Shown here piece after piece: positions 48,312 to 57,223 of a stretch of DNA of 64,000 nt. The notes beneath the pieces were generated by a model, which saw only the letters and a program-made list of their open reading frames with translations, was not told the DNA's origin and searched no databases. The position numbers and the translations under genes were made by a program. Within the stretch, counting starts at the first letter, position 1, and each line of letters begins with the position of its first letter. This DNA comes from Bacteroidota bacterium (GTDB taxonomy: Bacteria; Bacteroidota; Bacteroidia; UKL13-3). Location of the stretch: positions 2,544 through 66,543 of the forward strand of contig CANLPK010000003.1 of the NCBI GenBank assembly GCA_947492885.1, read 5' to 3'.

Positions 48312-49505
48312 TTATCGAATGAGTCCAGCTCTAATGGAATCTTGGTGTAGTTTACGACGTTGCATCAGTAAACTATCTTCGGCAGTTAATACTCTTTTTG
48401 GTCGCACACTGCTTGAATCTTTGGCGTTAGGATCTTTCCAGGCGGTCCAATCTTCATCTTCTTTTTCTTTTCTTTCTCCCGCAGGTCGTTGACCTGTGGT
48501 TCCAGGCTTGGCTGTTCCAGGTTCTTTACGGGCATTTACGATTTCAATCGCCTTAAATACTCGTGCTCCGTTATTGTTTACATCCCTAATTTGTGGTGAA
48601 ATAACTAAAAAGCTAGCATCAATAGCAAAGGCAATATCTGAAATATACATACCGTTATCTTCATAACTGTAGATCACTTTACCTGCTTCAATATCCCATA
48701 ATTTGGCTCTGCCATCAAAGCAAGAAGTAGCCAAATACTTACCGTCTCGGCTAAAGGAAACACCAGTAACACGATTGCCAAAATCAGTAAAAGTTTTTAC
48801 CGACTTGCCACTCATAGGATCCCATAGGATTAATGTTTTATCAACCGATACAGAAGCGATATACTTATTGTTGATCGACATAGCTACCGATAATACTGGA
48901 CCTTTATGTCCAACATAAGTCTTAATTAATTTGCCAGTCATATCATAAAAAAGTACATCCGCTTTTTCAGATGCTATAATCATGGTTCTACCATCATTGG
49001 TTAAGGCAATCTTATTGATATTTACACCAATTGTGAAACTCTTAATTAAAGCTCCTTTTTTAGTAAGATCCCATAATTTGATCGTGCCATCTCTCGAACC
49101 AGTAATGGCAGTTTTATTTTGAAAATCAATGATTCCACAATTTACATTGTCGGAATGTCCTGCTAGTGTGTACAATAATTTACCACTATCAGAACTCCAA
49201 ATCATTGCAAAATGGTCGTTAGAAGTGGAGATTAGGTATTTACCGTCTTTGTTAAAAGCCAAAGTGTTCACAACGGTAGCATGACCGATGAGTTTTGCAA
49301 TTAGCTTAAAACTATCGCCCCCGTAAATATTGATATTCTTATCCCAAGAGCCAGTGGCAATGTATTTTCCATTAGGAGAGATAGCACAACACACCACCTC
49401 ATCACTATGCCCACTAAGAATTGCTACTGGTTTTTTAACCACAATTTGAGCATTAGCGAGCAGGAAACCGAAAAGAAATAATGTAAGTATGGAAAGTTGT
49501 TTCAT
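48312..49505 (-). CDS. Exported 7-bladed WD40 repeat protein with charged C-terminal tail
   Basis: Signal peptide LSILTLFLFGFLLANAQ. Repeats GHSDEVVCCAISPNGKYIATGSWD, GHATVVNTLAFNKDGKYLISTSND, GHSDNV..GSRDGTIKLWD, ..GHKGPVLSVA..SVDKTLILWD, ..SFSRDGKYLATSCFDGRAKLWD. Tail rich in K/E/P/G. Confidence 0.8.
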   Translation of the reverse strand: MKQLSILTLFLFGFLLANAQIVVKKPVAILSGHSDEVVCCAISPNGKYIATGSWDKNINIYGGDSFKLIAKLIGHATVVNTLAFNKDGKYLISTSNDHFAMIWSSDSGKLLYTLAGHSDNVNCGIIDFQNKTAITGSRDGTIKLWDLTKKGALIKSFTIGVNINKIALTNDGRTMIIASEKADVLFYDMTGKLIKTYVGHKGPVLSVAMSINNKYIASVSVDKTLILWDPMSGKSVKTFTDFGNRVTGVSFSRDGKYLATSCFDGRAKLWDIEAGKVIYSYEDNGMYISDIAFAIDASFLVISPQIRDVNNNGARVFKAIEIVNARKEPGTAKPGTTGQRPAGERKEKEDEDWTAWKDPNAKDSSSVRPKRVLTAEDSLLMQRRKLHQDSIRAGLIR

Positions 49506-49652
49506 GTTAGACCTTTTATAAACCTAGAGGCAAAGTTAAAAATATCGAGATACAAAAAAGGAAAAATTTGTTAAGAGGCAGTATTAAGTTTCCAAAAGGA
49601 ATGTTACATTTGAAAACTAGCCCCTTGGCCATTGGAAATAAGAATTAATTTA

Positions 49653-50075
49653 ATGCGTCTTAAACTATTATTTGCTATTTTATTTACTTCACTTGTAAGT
49701 TTTGGTCAGATGGTGTTCCAAAATAAAACAACCGTTCAAATTCAATTGGCTTTCGGTTATTTTACCGAAACTACCGAATTTACAGGTTGGATTACCGAGG
49801 GGTGGTACCAATTAAACCCCGACGAAAAGCTTACTCTGATTGATAAACCTTTGGTTAATGAGTATTTTTATTATTATGCAGCCAGTATGGATACTACCGT
49901 GGAATTCAAAGGGGATATTTTAATGAAAGTGGGTGATGGGAAGTTTAAAATTCAAGATGCCAATAGCCATGTGAGTATGCGCGAAGACAACCACCGGTTT
50001 TTCAGACAAATTGATACCGAAGAAAAGAAAAATTATATCGTCATCCTACACGAATCATTCGTGGAGGAGAAGTGA
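49653..50075 (+). CDS. Exported DUF1036-like protein, paralogue 1
   Basis: The ATG at 49653 gives MRLKLLFAILFTSLVSFGQ. FQNKTTVQIQLAFGYFTETTEFTGWITEGWYQLNPDEKLTL..YFYYYAAS resembles the DUF1036 pattern (from memory). Confidence 0.6.
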   Translation: MRLKLLFAILFTSLVSFGQMVFQNKTTVQIQLAFGYFTETTEFTGWITEGWYQLNPDEKLTLIDKPLVNEYFYYYAASMDTTVEFKGDILMKVGDGKFKIQDANSHVSMREDNHRFFRQIDTEEKKNYIVILHESFVEEK

Positions 50076-50096
50076 AAATCCTGATAAGAATCATAT

Positions 50097-50594
50097 ATGA
50101 AAACTTCTCTTTTGGCTACTATTCTTCTCTTAATCTCATTGTCAGGCACTGCACAGCTGTTTTTCAAGAATCAAAGTCAATCGAATATCAAACTTTGCGT
50201 TGGTTACTATATCGATACCGATACTTTTAAAGGATGGGTTACAGAAGGATGGTATACCCTAAAAGCCAATGAAATGAAATGTCTTTACTGCCGACCCCTA
50301 AATAATCGATTTTATTACTATTACGGGTTTACAGATGATAGCTTACATAAGGAATATTCGGGCACCAATAATCTGAAAGTTGCGTCTAAACCGTTTAGGA
50401 TTTTGAATGCCGATCAGGATACGGGTCCACTTCAAAATAAGAAATATTACTATCGTCGATTTCGACAGGTAAATACAAGTGGTAAACGAACTTTTACGGT
50501 AACACTGGGTGGCATACCCGTGGAAGCACCAGTTACTTCCGATCCCAATAAAGATACGATAATTACAACACCATCTATTTCACCTCCAAAATGA
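50097..50594 (+). CDS. Exported DUF1036-like protein, paralogue 2 (Cys-containing, longer tail)
   Basis: FKNQSQSNIKLCVGYYIDTDTFKGWVTEGWYTLKANEMKCLY..RFYYYYGF is collinear with the preceding ORF. Confidence 0.6.
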   Translation: MKTSLLATILLLISLSGTAQLFFKNQSQSNIKLCVGYYIDTDTFKGWVTEGWYTLKANEMKCLYCRPLNNRFYYYYGFTDDSLHKEYSGTNNLKVASKPFRILNADQDTGPLQNKKYYYRRFRQVNTSGKRTFTVTLGGIPVEAPVTSDPNKDTIITTPSISPPK

Positions 50595-51295
50595 ATCTAC
50601 TCCTCATTGCTCTTGCTCCAGCAATCGCACTAATAGTATATGTTTACTATCGAGATAAACACGATCGGGAACCGCTCGGACTCGTTTTAAGGGTTTTTAT
50701 TTTTGGAATGCTTAGCACCATCCCTGCGGCTCTTTTTGAGCAATACTTTAATGTTGATGATAAGAATAACTTAATTGTTACAGCCTATTCAACTTTTTTA
50801 ATTATCGCTGGTGCCGAGGAAGGAAGTAAATATTTATTCTTGCGATGGAGTGCCTACCGTAAAATTGCTTTCAATGAACCTTTTGATGGTATTGTATATT
50901 CGGTAATCATAAGTATGGGGTTCGCCGCTTTGGAGAATATACTCTATGTTTTTTCTTCGAATAATCCGATGCAAACGGCCTTACTTAGAATGCTGACCGC
51001 AGTACCGGCTCATTTTACTTTTGCGGTCATTATGGGGTATTATGTAGGCCTGGCAAAATTCAATTCAGCAAAGGGTTTACAGTATACCGTGATGGGAATA
51101 GGAGGGGCCATGTTTTTTCATGGCTTATATGATTTTTGCTTGATTCAAAACAAATACCCATTTATAGTTGCTGGAGCCTTAGTTTCACTTCTAGTGGCAT
51201 TGTATCTTTCATTTAAAGCACTTAAAATGCAAAGTGCCAATTCGAAAGCTTATATGGAGCTTGCTTCAAATCGAGATCAAATTGATGAACAGTAA
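50591..51295 (+). CDS. PrsW-family intramembrane protease
   Basis: Polytopic; YVYYRDKHDREP, AGAEEGSKYLFL (EExxK), FHGLYDF (HxxxD). Its start overlaps the upstream stop (ATGA). Confidence 0.7.
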   Translation: MNLLLIALAPAIALIVYVYYRDKHDREPLGLVLRVFIFGMLSTIPAALFEQYFNVDDKNNLIVTAYSTFLIIAGAEEGSKYLFLRWSAYRKIAFNEPFDGIVYSVIISMGFAALENILYVFSSNNPMQTALLRMLTAVPAHFTFAVIMGYYVGLAKFNSAKGLQYTVMGIGGAMFFHGLYDFCLIQNKYPFIVAGALVSLLVALYLSFKALKMQSANSKAYMELASNRDQIDEQ

Positions 51296-52070
51296 AAGCG
51301 AAATTGAGTTCATGCGTCTAAAAAATCATTTAGATCGGCTCGTAGAAAAATTTAACAACCCACAGTTTATTGCACTAGATCCCATTTCAATCCCTCATCA
51401 GTTTAAGAAGAAGCAGGATATTGAAATTGCCGGTTTTTTTGCAGCAACCTTAGCTTGGGGGCAGCGTGTTACAATCATCAATAATAGTAATAAATTGATG
51501 CAATGGATGGACAATTCACCCCATGATTTTATTCTTAATCATCAGGAAACCGACCTTCAAAAATTCTTAAAATTTGTTCATCGAACGTTCAATGCCACCG
51601 ATGCTTTGTATTTCATTTTTTTTCTAAAAATGCATTATTCCAAGGAAGAAAGTTTGGAAACTGCTTTTACGAAAGCTTTGCCACGCGATGCTATAAACAT
51701 CGAGAATGCATTAATTGGTTTTCATAAATACTTTTTTAGCCTAGAAGATGCACCGCAAAGAACTCGGAAACACATTTCTACTCCACTTAGAAAATCGGCC
51801 TGCAAACGATTATGTATGTACCTTCGATGGATGGTTCGTAATGACCATAAGGGTATTGATTTTGGCCTTTGGAAGACGATACTTCCTTCGCAACTTATTT
51901 GCCCCATTGATGTGCATGTTGATAGGGTGGCTCGCGAATTGGGACTCATATCCCGAACGCAAACCGATTGGCAATGCGCACTTGAACTTACTTCTAAACT
52001 TAAAGAGTTTGACCCAAACGATCCTGTTAAATATGATTTCGCATTATTTGGCGAAAGTGTATCTCGGTAA
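51285..52070 (+). CDS. TIGR02757/DUF2400-family protein
   Basis: ALDPISIPHQFKKKQDIEIAGFFAATLAWGQRVTII..PIDVHV pattern (from memory). The ATG at 51285 is preferred over 51234, which overlaps prsW by 62 nt. Confidence 0.55.
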   Translation: MNSKSEIEFMRLKNHLDRLVEKFNNPQFIALDPISIPHQFKKKQDIEIAGFFAATLAWGQRVTIINNSNKLMQWMDNSPHDFILNHQETDLQKFLKFVHRTFNATDALYFIFFLKMHYSKEESLETAFTKALPRDAINIENALIGFHKYFFSLEDAPQRTRKHISTPLRKSACKRLCMYLRWMVRNDHKGIDFGLWKTILPSQLICPIDVHVDRVARELGLISRTQTDWQCALELTSKLKEFDPNDPVKYDFALFGESVSR

Positions 52071-52075
52071 TAAAA

Positions 52076-53065
52076 TTAACTCTTTGATAAATGCGACATC
52101 ATTCGTTCAATTCCTTGACGAAAGCTAATCTGATATTGAAACCCAAACTGATTTTGTTTGGTTGTATCTCCTCCTCTAGCGAATACACCTTCAGGAGTAT
52201 TACTTGTACCTTTAACCGTAGTATTAAATCCAAGCACTTCGGCTGCGAGTTGCGCAAATTCAGTGAAGGAAGTATAAATTCCAGTAGATAAATTGAGGGC
52301 ACTTCCATCATCTATTTTATCCATGGTATGAATCACGCCTTCCACACAATCGCTGATATGAATAAAATCACGCATTTGTTTTCCAGTCCCCCAAACACTG
52401 ATCTCTGGGGCACCGCTATTATCGAGTACCCGCTTACAAATACTTGGGAACGGATAACTCATATCTTGGTCTTCTCCATAACCACTGAATGGCCTGTAAG
52501 TAATCGATTTTAATCCGTGTTTTTCATAAGCCAGTCGGGCTAAATACTCGCATGTAAGTTTAGCCCAGCCATAGCTCATATCGGGCATCCCAATATCATT
52601 ATCAAAGGCAATCATATCCTCCTTTAATAGCAAATATCCTTCACTCCTTTGATGTTTAATAGGGTAAGCAGCACTGCTACTGAAATTAATCGTCTTGGCT
52701 GGCTTTGCCTTCTTTGCCCACTGCCAATATTCGCTATCAATGCTTAAGTCGTCGGCAACAGCCAATGGATTATTTTCAATCATCATTCGGCCACCAACCA
52801 TCGCAGCCAAATGAAATACATAATCGAAATCATCATCCTGCCGTTGTTTGAAAAAATTTCGACAATCATCCTGATAGAAATGAAAATTCTTATCACCTCG
52901 AGGATCAAATAGTGGCCATCCTTGGTCAATATGTATACCACCAGTATCGGGGGCAACAATATCTACACAATGAACTTCATGTCCAAGTTGCAACATTTTA
53001 TGAGTGAAATGCCGTCCAACAAATCCGGCGCCTCCGGTAATGAGAATTTTTTTCATGGGATGCAA
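52076..53065 (-). CDS. NAD-dependent epimerase/dehydratase (extended SDR)
   Basis: KILITGGAGFVGRH Rossmann motif; YGWAK (YxxxK). Likely start MKKILI at 53056. Confidence 0.8.
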   Translation of the reverse strand: MHPMKKILITGGAGFVGRHFTHKMLQLGHEVHCVDIVAPDTGGIHIDQGWPLFDPRGDKNFHFYQDDCRNFFKQRQDDDFDYVFHLAAMVGGRMMIENNPLAVADDLSIDSEYWQWAKKAKPAKTINFSSSAAYPIKHQRSEGYLLLKEDMIAFDNDIGMPDMSYGWAKLTCEYLARLAYEKHGLKSITYRPFSGYGEDQDMSYPFPSICKRVLDNSGAPEISVWGTGKQMRDFIHISDCVEGVIHTMDKIDDGSALNLSTGIYTSFTEFAQLAAEVLGFNTTVKGTSNTPEGVFARGGDTTKQNQFGFQYQISFRQGIERMMSHLSKS

Positions 53066-53290
53066 AAAAAAGTAATATTTCCAATATATATAGTGAGAAT
53101 TAAATTTTAGTTCAAATTTGGGTTAAAGGCAACAATTACAATCTTCGACTTCATGATTGACTTTTTTTTAGAAAACCGGATTTTGTGCACCTCTATGATA
53201 TGAATCATTTTAGGTGAATTTTATCATTACTTTTTTGTTTATGCTAAATTTTAGTATAGCTTTGATACATATAAGTTACAAAGACTAACA

Positions 53291-55240
53291 ATGTTTTCCG
53301 AAGTCAATCGAAATGAGAAATTGTTCAAAGCGTTGGTGGAAAATCAATATAGCATCACGTTATTAATAAATTCCAAGTTTGAAACAATCTATACCAGTCC
53401 ATCTTCTGAAATCATTACTGGGTGGACGGCAGAGGATAGGACCACCCATCCCATGGAGAAACGCACCCATCCAGATGACTACAATTATCTAAAGGAAATT
53501 TTTCGGGAAGTATTAAACAATCCAGGTAAACAAATTTCAATTCTTATACGAACCCTTCATAAAAAGGGGTTCACACAATGGCTTGAAGGAACCATTATCA
53601 ATCGACTCAACGACGCTGATGTTAATGCCATCGTTACCAATTTAAGGGATGTTACAGATAGGAAACTGGCAGAAGAACAATTACATGAGAGTGAAAAAAA
53701 GTACCGCGATTTATTTGAAAACAACCCGCTTCCCATGTGGGTTATCGATGAAATCGAACGAGCATTTCTCGACGTGAATGAAGCAGCAATTGCAAGTTAC
53801 GGTTATTCTCGAGATGAATTTCTTTCAATGACGGCCTATGATATCCGTCCTGAAGACGAGCGTGATTCATTTGCTGCCTATGATTGCCTTCCAGGTAAAG
53901 GATTACATAATGCTGGAGTATGGCGACAGCTCAGGAAAGATGGCAGCATTATTCATGCAGAGGTGAATATTGATGAAATTATATTTAATGGTATCCCCGC
54001 ACGTTTGGTATTAGCTACTGACGTAACCGATAAAGTAAGGGCGGAGGAAAAAATTGTAAAAGCCAATCGACTCTATTTTTTTATTAGTCAGATAAACCAA
54101 ATGATTGTTAGAACCTCTGACCAACAAACGCTTTTTAGAGAAGCATGCAGCATTGCGGTTGGATTGGGGCAATTTAAAATGGCTTGGATTGGGCTGTTTG
54201 AAGAGAATGAAGAAATAATTCAATTGGTAAGTCAGGATGGAATGGCAGATGAAGATATTCGTTTGTTTGAGAAATTGAAATATGATAAGGAAGGACCTCA
54301 AGCTGTTGTTTTAAATACGGGTAAATATTATGTATGCAATGATTTGGAAATTGAATTCAAACTCGAATCATGGCGACTGATCGCATCTTTGCGAAATGTT
54401 AGATCGGTGATGGTTACCCCAATTAGGCGCTTTGGGCGAATAATAGGAACCTTTAATTTTTATGCTCCTACCATCAATTTCTTTGATAAAGAGGAAATAG
54501 AACTACTAGAAGAAGCTGCAGAAGATGTATCATTTGCTTTGGGAGTTTTTGAAAGAGAATTTCTTAGAAAGAAGGCCGAACAAGAAATTGTTATAAAAAA
54601 TGAGGAATTGAAGAAATTGTCAAGTCACCTTCAGAATATAAGAGAAGAGGAACGCACCTATATAGCTCGTGAAATTCATGATGAGCTAGGGCAAGAGCTT
54701 ACAGCTTTGAAGATGGATATCGATTGGCTCAAACATACCCAAACCGATCAGCGTATAAATAGTAAGTTGGATGCAATGCTGCAACTTACCGATAGAACAA
54801 TTAATACAGTACGTCGTATTGCCTCCGACCTGCGTCCTGGTATACTTGACGATTTAGGACTCTTGGCCGCCCTAGAATGGAAGTGCAGCGATTTTAGTGA
54901 GAAGTCGGGATTTAAATGCGTATTCGACTCCAATATTCCAGAACGGGATTTTGAGAATAATTTCAGTATCAATGTTTTTAGAATTTTGCAAGAAAGCCTA
55001 ACCAATATTATTAGGCATGCAAAAGCAAATAGCGTCGTTGTTAAAATCAGAGAAACAGGTACAGAGTTTATAATGGAAATTACTGATAATGGGAAAGGAA
55101 TTGATGAACAAGATTTATCTAAACGAAAGTCGTTAGGGATAATTGGGATGAAGGAAAGGGCCGCACTTCTTAATGGCGTCGTTTTAGTGGAAAGTCAATC
55201 TAACGGAACAAAAATTAAATTAATTTTACCACTGAAATGA
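53291..55240 (+). CDS. Cytoplasmic sensor histidine kinase: PAS-PAS-GAF-HisKA_3-HATPase
   Basis: Two PAS blocks (..ITGWTAED.., ..NPLPMWVIDE..YGYSRDEF..), GAF-like middle, H-box REIHDELGQELTALK, N-box LQESLTNIIRHA, DNGKGI. No TM segment. Confidence 0.85.
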   Translation: MFSEVNRNEKLFKALVENQYSITLLINSKFETIYTSPSSEIITGWTAEDRTTHPMEKRTHPDDYNYLKEIFREVLNNPGKQISILIRTLHKKGFTQWLEGTIINRLNDADVNAIVTNLRDVTDRKLAEEQLHESEKKYRDLFENNPLPMWVIDEIERAFLDVNEAAIASYGYSRDEFLSMTAYDIRPEDERDSFAAYDCLPGKGLHNAGVWRQLRKDGSIIHAEVNIDEIIFNGIPARLVLATDVTDKVRAEEKIVKANRLYFFISQINQMIVRTSDQQTLFREACSIAVGLGQFKMAWIGLFEENEEIIQLVSQDGMADEDIRLFEKLKYDKEGPQAVVLNTGKYYVCNDLEIEFKLESWRLIASLRNVRSVMVTPIRRFGRIIGTFNFYAPTINFFDKEEIELLEEAAEDVSFALGVFEREFLRKKAEQEIVIKNEELKKLSSHLQNIREEERTYIAREIHDELGQELTALKMDIDWLKHTQTDQRINSKLDAMLQLTDRTINTVRRIASDLRPGILDDLGLLAALEWKCSDFSEKSGFKCVFDSNIPERDFENNFSINVFRILQESLTNIIRHAKANSVVVKIRETGTEFIMEITDNGKGIDEQDLSKRKSLGIIGMKERAALLNGVVLVESQSNGTKIKLILPLK

Positions 55241-55863
55241 AGATACTCATAGCAGAAGATCATGAATTGGTAAGGAGTGGTCTTTCACGAATAATTTTAG
55301 AGGAGTTTACTAATGCCACCATCGCTGAAGCAGAGAATGGGGCACAAGCAGAGAAAATGGCGAAAATGGGAGGATGGGATATCATTATTATGGATGTTAC
55401 CATGCCCGAAAAAACAGGCTTGGATGTTTTAAAACAGCTAAGAAGTGAATCTATAAAGACACCCATCCTGATTCTGAGTATTCATCCCGAAAATCAATAT
55501 GCTTTACGAGTGTTGAAAGCAGGGGGCAATGGCTATATTACAAAAGATTGCCCTAGATCCGAATTTATGAATGCCATCAAAGTAATTCTAAGTGGGAAAA
55601 AGTATATCTCTGCAAGTGTTGCCGATAAATTGGCTTCACAATTTGGTCCCGACCTTGGCAAAGAAAAACATGAACTTATCTCTGATCGTGAATTACAAGT
55701 TTTGAAATTAATCGCATCAGGAAAAACCGTTTCAGAAATTGCAATTGACCTAGTATTGAGTGTCGCAACAGTAAGCACGTATCGCACTAGGCTCTTGGAA
55801 AAGATGCAAATGAAAAACAATGCAGAGCTAACCCTTTATGCTATCAATAATCATTTGGTTTAG
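55237..55863 (+). CDS. NarL/FixJ-family response regulator (REC + LuxR HTH)
   Basis: KILIAEDHELV, DIIIMDVTMPEKTGLD, GYITKD, LSDRELQVLKLIASGKTVSEIA..SVATVSTYRTRLLEKM. ATGA overlap with the kinase gene. Confidence 0.9.
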   Translation: MKILIAEDHELVRSGLSRIILEEFTNATIAEAENGAQAEKMAKMGGWDIIIMDVTMPEKTGLDVLKQLRSESIKTPILILSIHPENQYALRVLKAGGNGYITKDCPRSEFMNAIKVILSGKKYISASVADKLASQFGPDLGKEKHELISDRELQVLKLIASGKTVSEIAIDLVLSVATVSTYRTRLLEKMQMKNNAELTLYAINNHLV

Positions 55864-56037
55864 TTGCCTGTTGTAGTCGTTTCAACGACAGCTGTTTCAT
55901 GCTTTTAACTATTTAATACATAAGGTTTTCTATCTATTTTTGAATCAATTAGTTTTTATAACCCTTGAACAAAAATATAATGAAAGCCAAAACCCGGTTT
56001 TCACTTATCTCTAATACTATAACCGGATATCTATAGC

Positions 56038-56397
56038 ATGATCAATATACTTTTCGCAGATGATGGCTCCTATGCCAATATTGGTGAGGAATTATGTGGT
56101 ATTCCCAATTTTAATTTGGTCTCGGCAAAGGATTCAAAGAATGTGCTCGAAACCCTAAAAAATAAGAGACCTGAAATAATATTAATGGGAAACTTTCTCG
56201 ATGGAATGGATCGACACACACTTACGCGAATTTTAAAAAATGATAGTGACACTGCCTCAATTAAAATTCTATTTATAGAGATTTCGTTAGTAGAAAGTGA
56301 GCTTATGAAAAACGCCAGTGGTACCCATCCTATAAAAACGCCAGTGGATATAATTGTGGTAAAGGAAGCACTCTTAAATGCTGCCAAAGAAAAATAG
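56038..56397 (+). CDS. Stand-alone pseudo-receiver (REC fold lacking the phospho-acceptor Asp)
   Basis: INILFADDGS (acidic pair kept), PEIILMGNFLDGMD aligns with CheY ..FVISDWNMPNMDG. Gly51 (56188-56190) occupies the Asp57 position. IKILFIEIS has Glu at the Thr87 position. The IKTP Lys is retained. Confidence 0.65.
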   Translation: MINILFADDGSYANIGEELCGIPNFNLVSAKDSKNVLETLKNKRPEIILMGNFLDGMDRHTLTRILKNDSDTASIKILFIEISLVESELMKNASGTHPIKTPVDIIVVKEALLNAAKEK

Positions 56398-56517
56398 ATC
56401 TTGTCATTGATTCTATGACATGCAAATCAGATTCTGAACTATTGTAGTCGACCTTTTTTGAATGTACTTTTGAGTCAAATATATTTTTTATTTCTTAACT
56501 CTCAAAATCTGTGCGAC

Positions 56518-57105
56518 ATGAACAATACGATAAGTCAGGTTTCTGATTCAGTAATTTTGAACCCTATGAATGAGGTGAATTCTCCGAGTTCCAATTCAAA
56601 AGGATTTAATGAGAAGAAGGAGCACTTCAATATTTCGATTGACAAGAATTTCCAAAATTTTAAAAATGATATTATCGTGAAGTTCAAATCATTTTTTGAA
56701 TCGAAGCCGCTACCTGAAAATAATCCCACGAATACACCTCTTTCAACCAGCGAAATTGCAATGCGTGCAATACAGCTTGATATCAATTATAAGGCCTTCG
56801 TAGAAGAGGCTATTTTTGCAATTCTTATCGCAGATGAAAATGGTGGAAACCTTCATGCGAATGATATAGCATGCCAGTTATTTGGTTATTCAAAAGAAGA
56901 ATTTTTACACCTTAATCTTACCCATCTGATGTTCCCTGAAGATGTTCAAGATGTGACTTCACGAATCATGCAACTATCATCAGGGAAACCCGCACCTATA
57001 AGAAATCGTTATCGCCGCGAAGATGGAACACCCATATTTGTGAACGTCAATGCAAAGACTTTAGCTAATGGGCTTAATATCATTTTTATCAAGGAAATAG
57101 TTTAA
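56518..57105 (+). CDS. Stand-alone PAS-domain protein with low-complexity N-terminus
   Basis: C-terminal ~110 aa: FVEEAIFAILIADENGGNLHANDIACQLFGYSKEEFLHLNLTHLMFPEDV..RYRREDGTPIFVNVNAK (PAS). ATG at 56518; the track ORF starts at a TTG at 56458. Confidence 0.65.
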   Translation: MNNTISQVSDSVILNPMNEVNSPSSNSKGFNEKKEHFNISIDKNFQNFKNDIIVKFKSFFESKPLPENNPTNTPLSTSEIAMRAIQLDINYKAFVEEAIFAILIADENGGNLHANDIACQLFGYSKEEFLHLNLTHLMFPEDVQDVTSRIMQLSSGKPAPIRNRYRREDGTPIFVNVNAKTLANGLNIIFIKEIV

Positions 57106-57223
57106 TTTAACTAGTCCACTCCGAACAATTAAGTCCATCTTTATCAATTTGATGGCTTTCTAGCGCAAAAAATATATTTTTCATTCACCTAGTTTTGGTT
57201 TTGTTTCTTATGTTTGCTTAACT

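Noticed and set aside
53066-53290. 225-nt intergenic region upstream of the signalling island as a possible ncRNA or riboswitch
   Set aside because: It is very AT-rich, with no stable stem-loops and none of the conserved riboswitch cores I can recognise. The only oddity is an 11-mer (TAAATTTTAGT) present twice, which is weak in such composition.
55868-56451. 9-mer TTGTAGTCG occurring after the stops of two consecutive genes (about 55870 and 56443) as a shared regulatory motif
   Set aside because: There are only two copies, at different distances from the stops (about 7 vs 46 nt). Chance occurrence in AT-rich intergenic DNA is not negligible. The adjacent mini-hairpins (GTCGTT-TC-AACGAC; TGTCAT-N7-ATGACA) lack T-runs.
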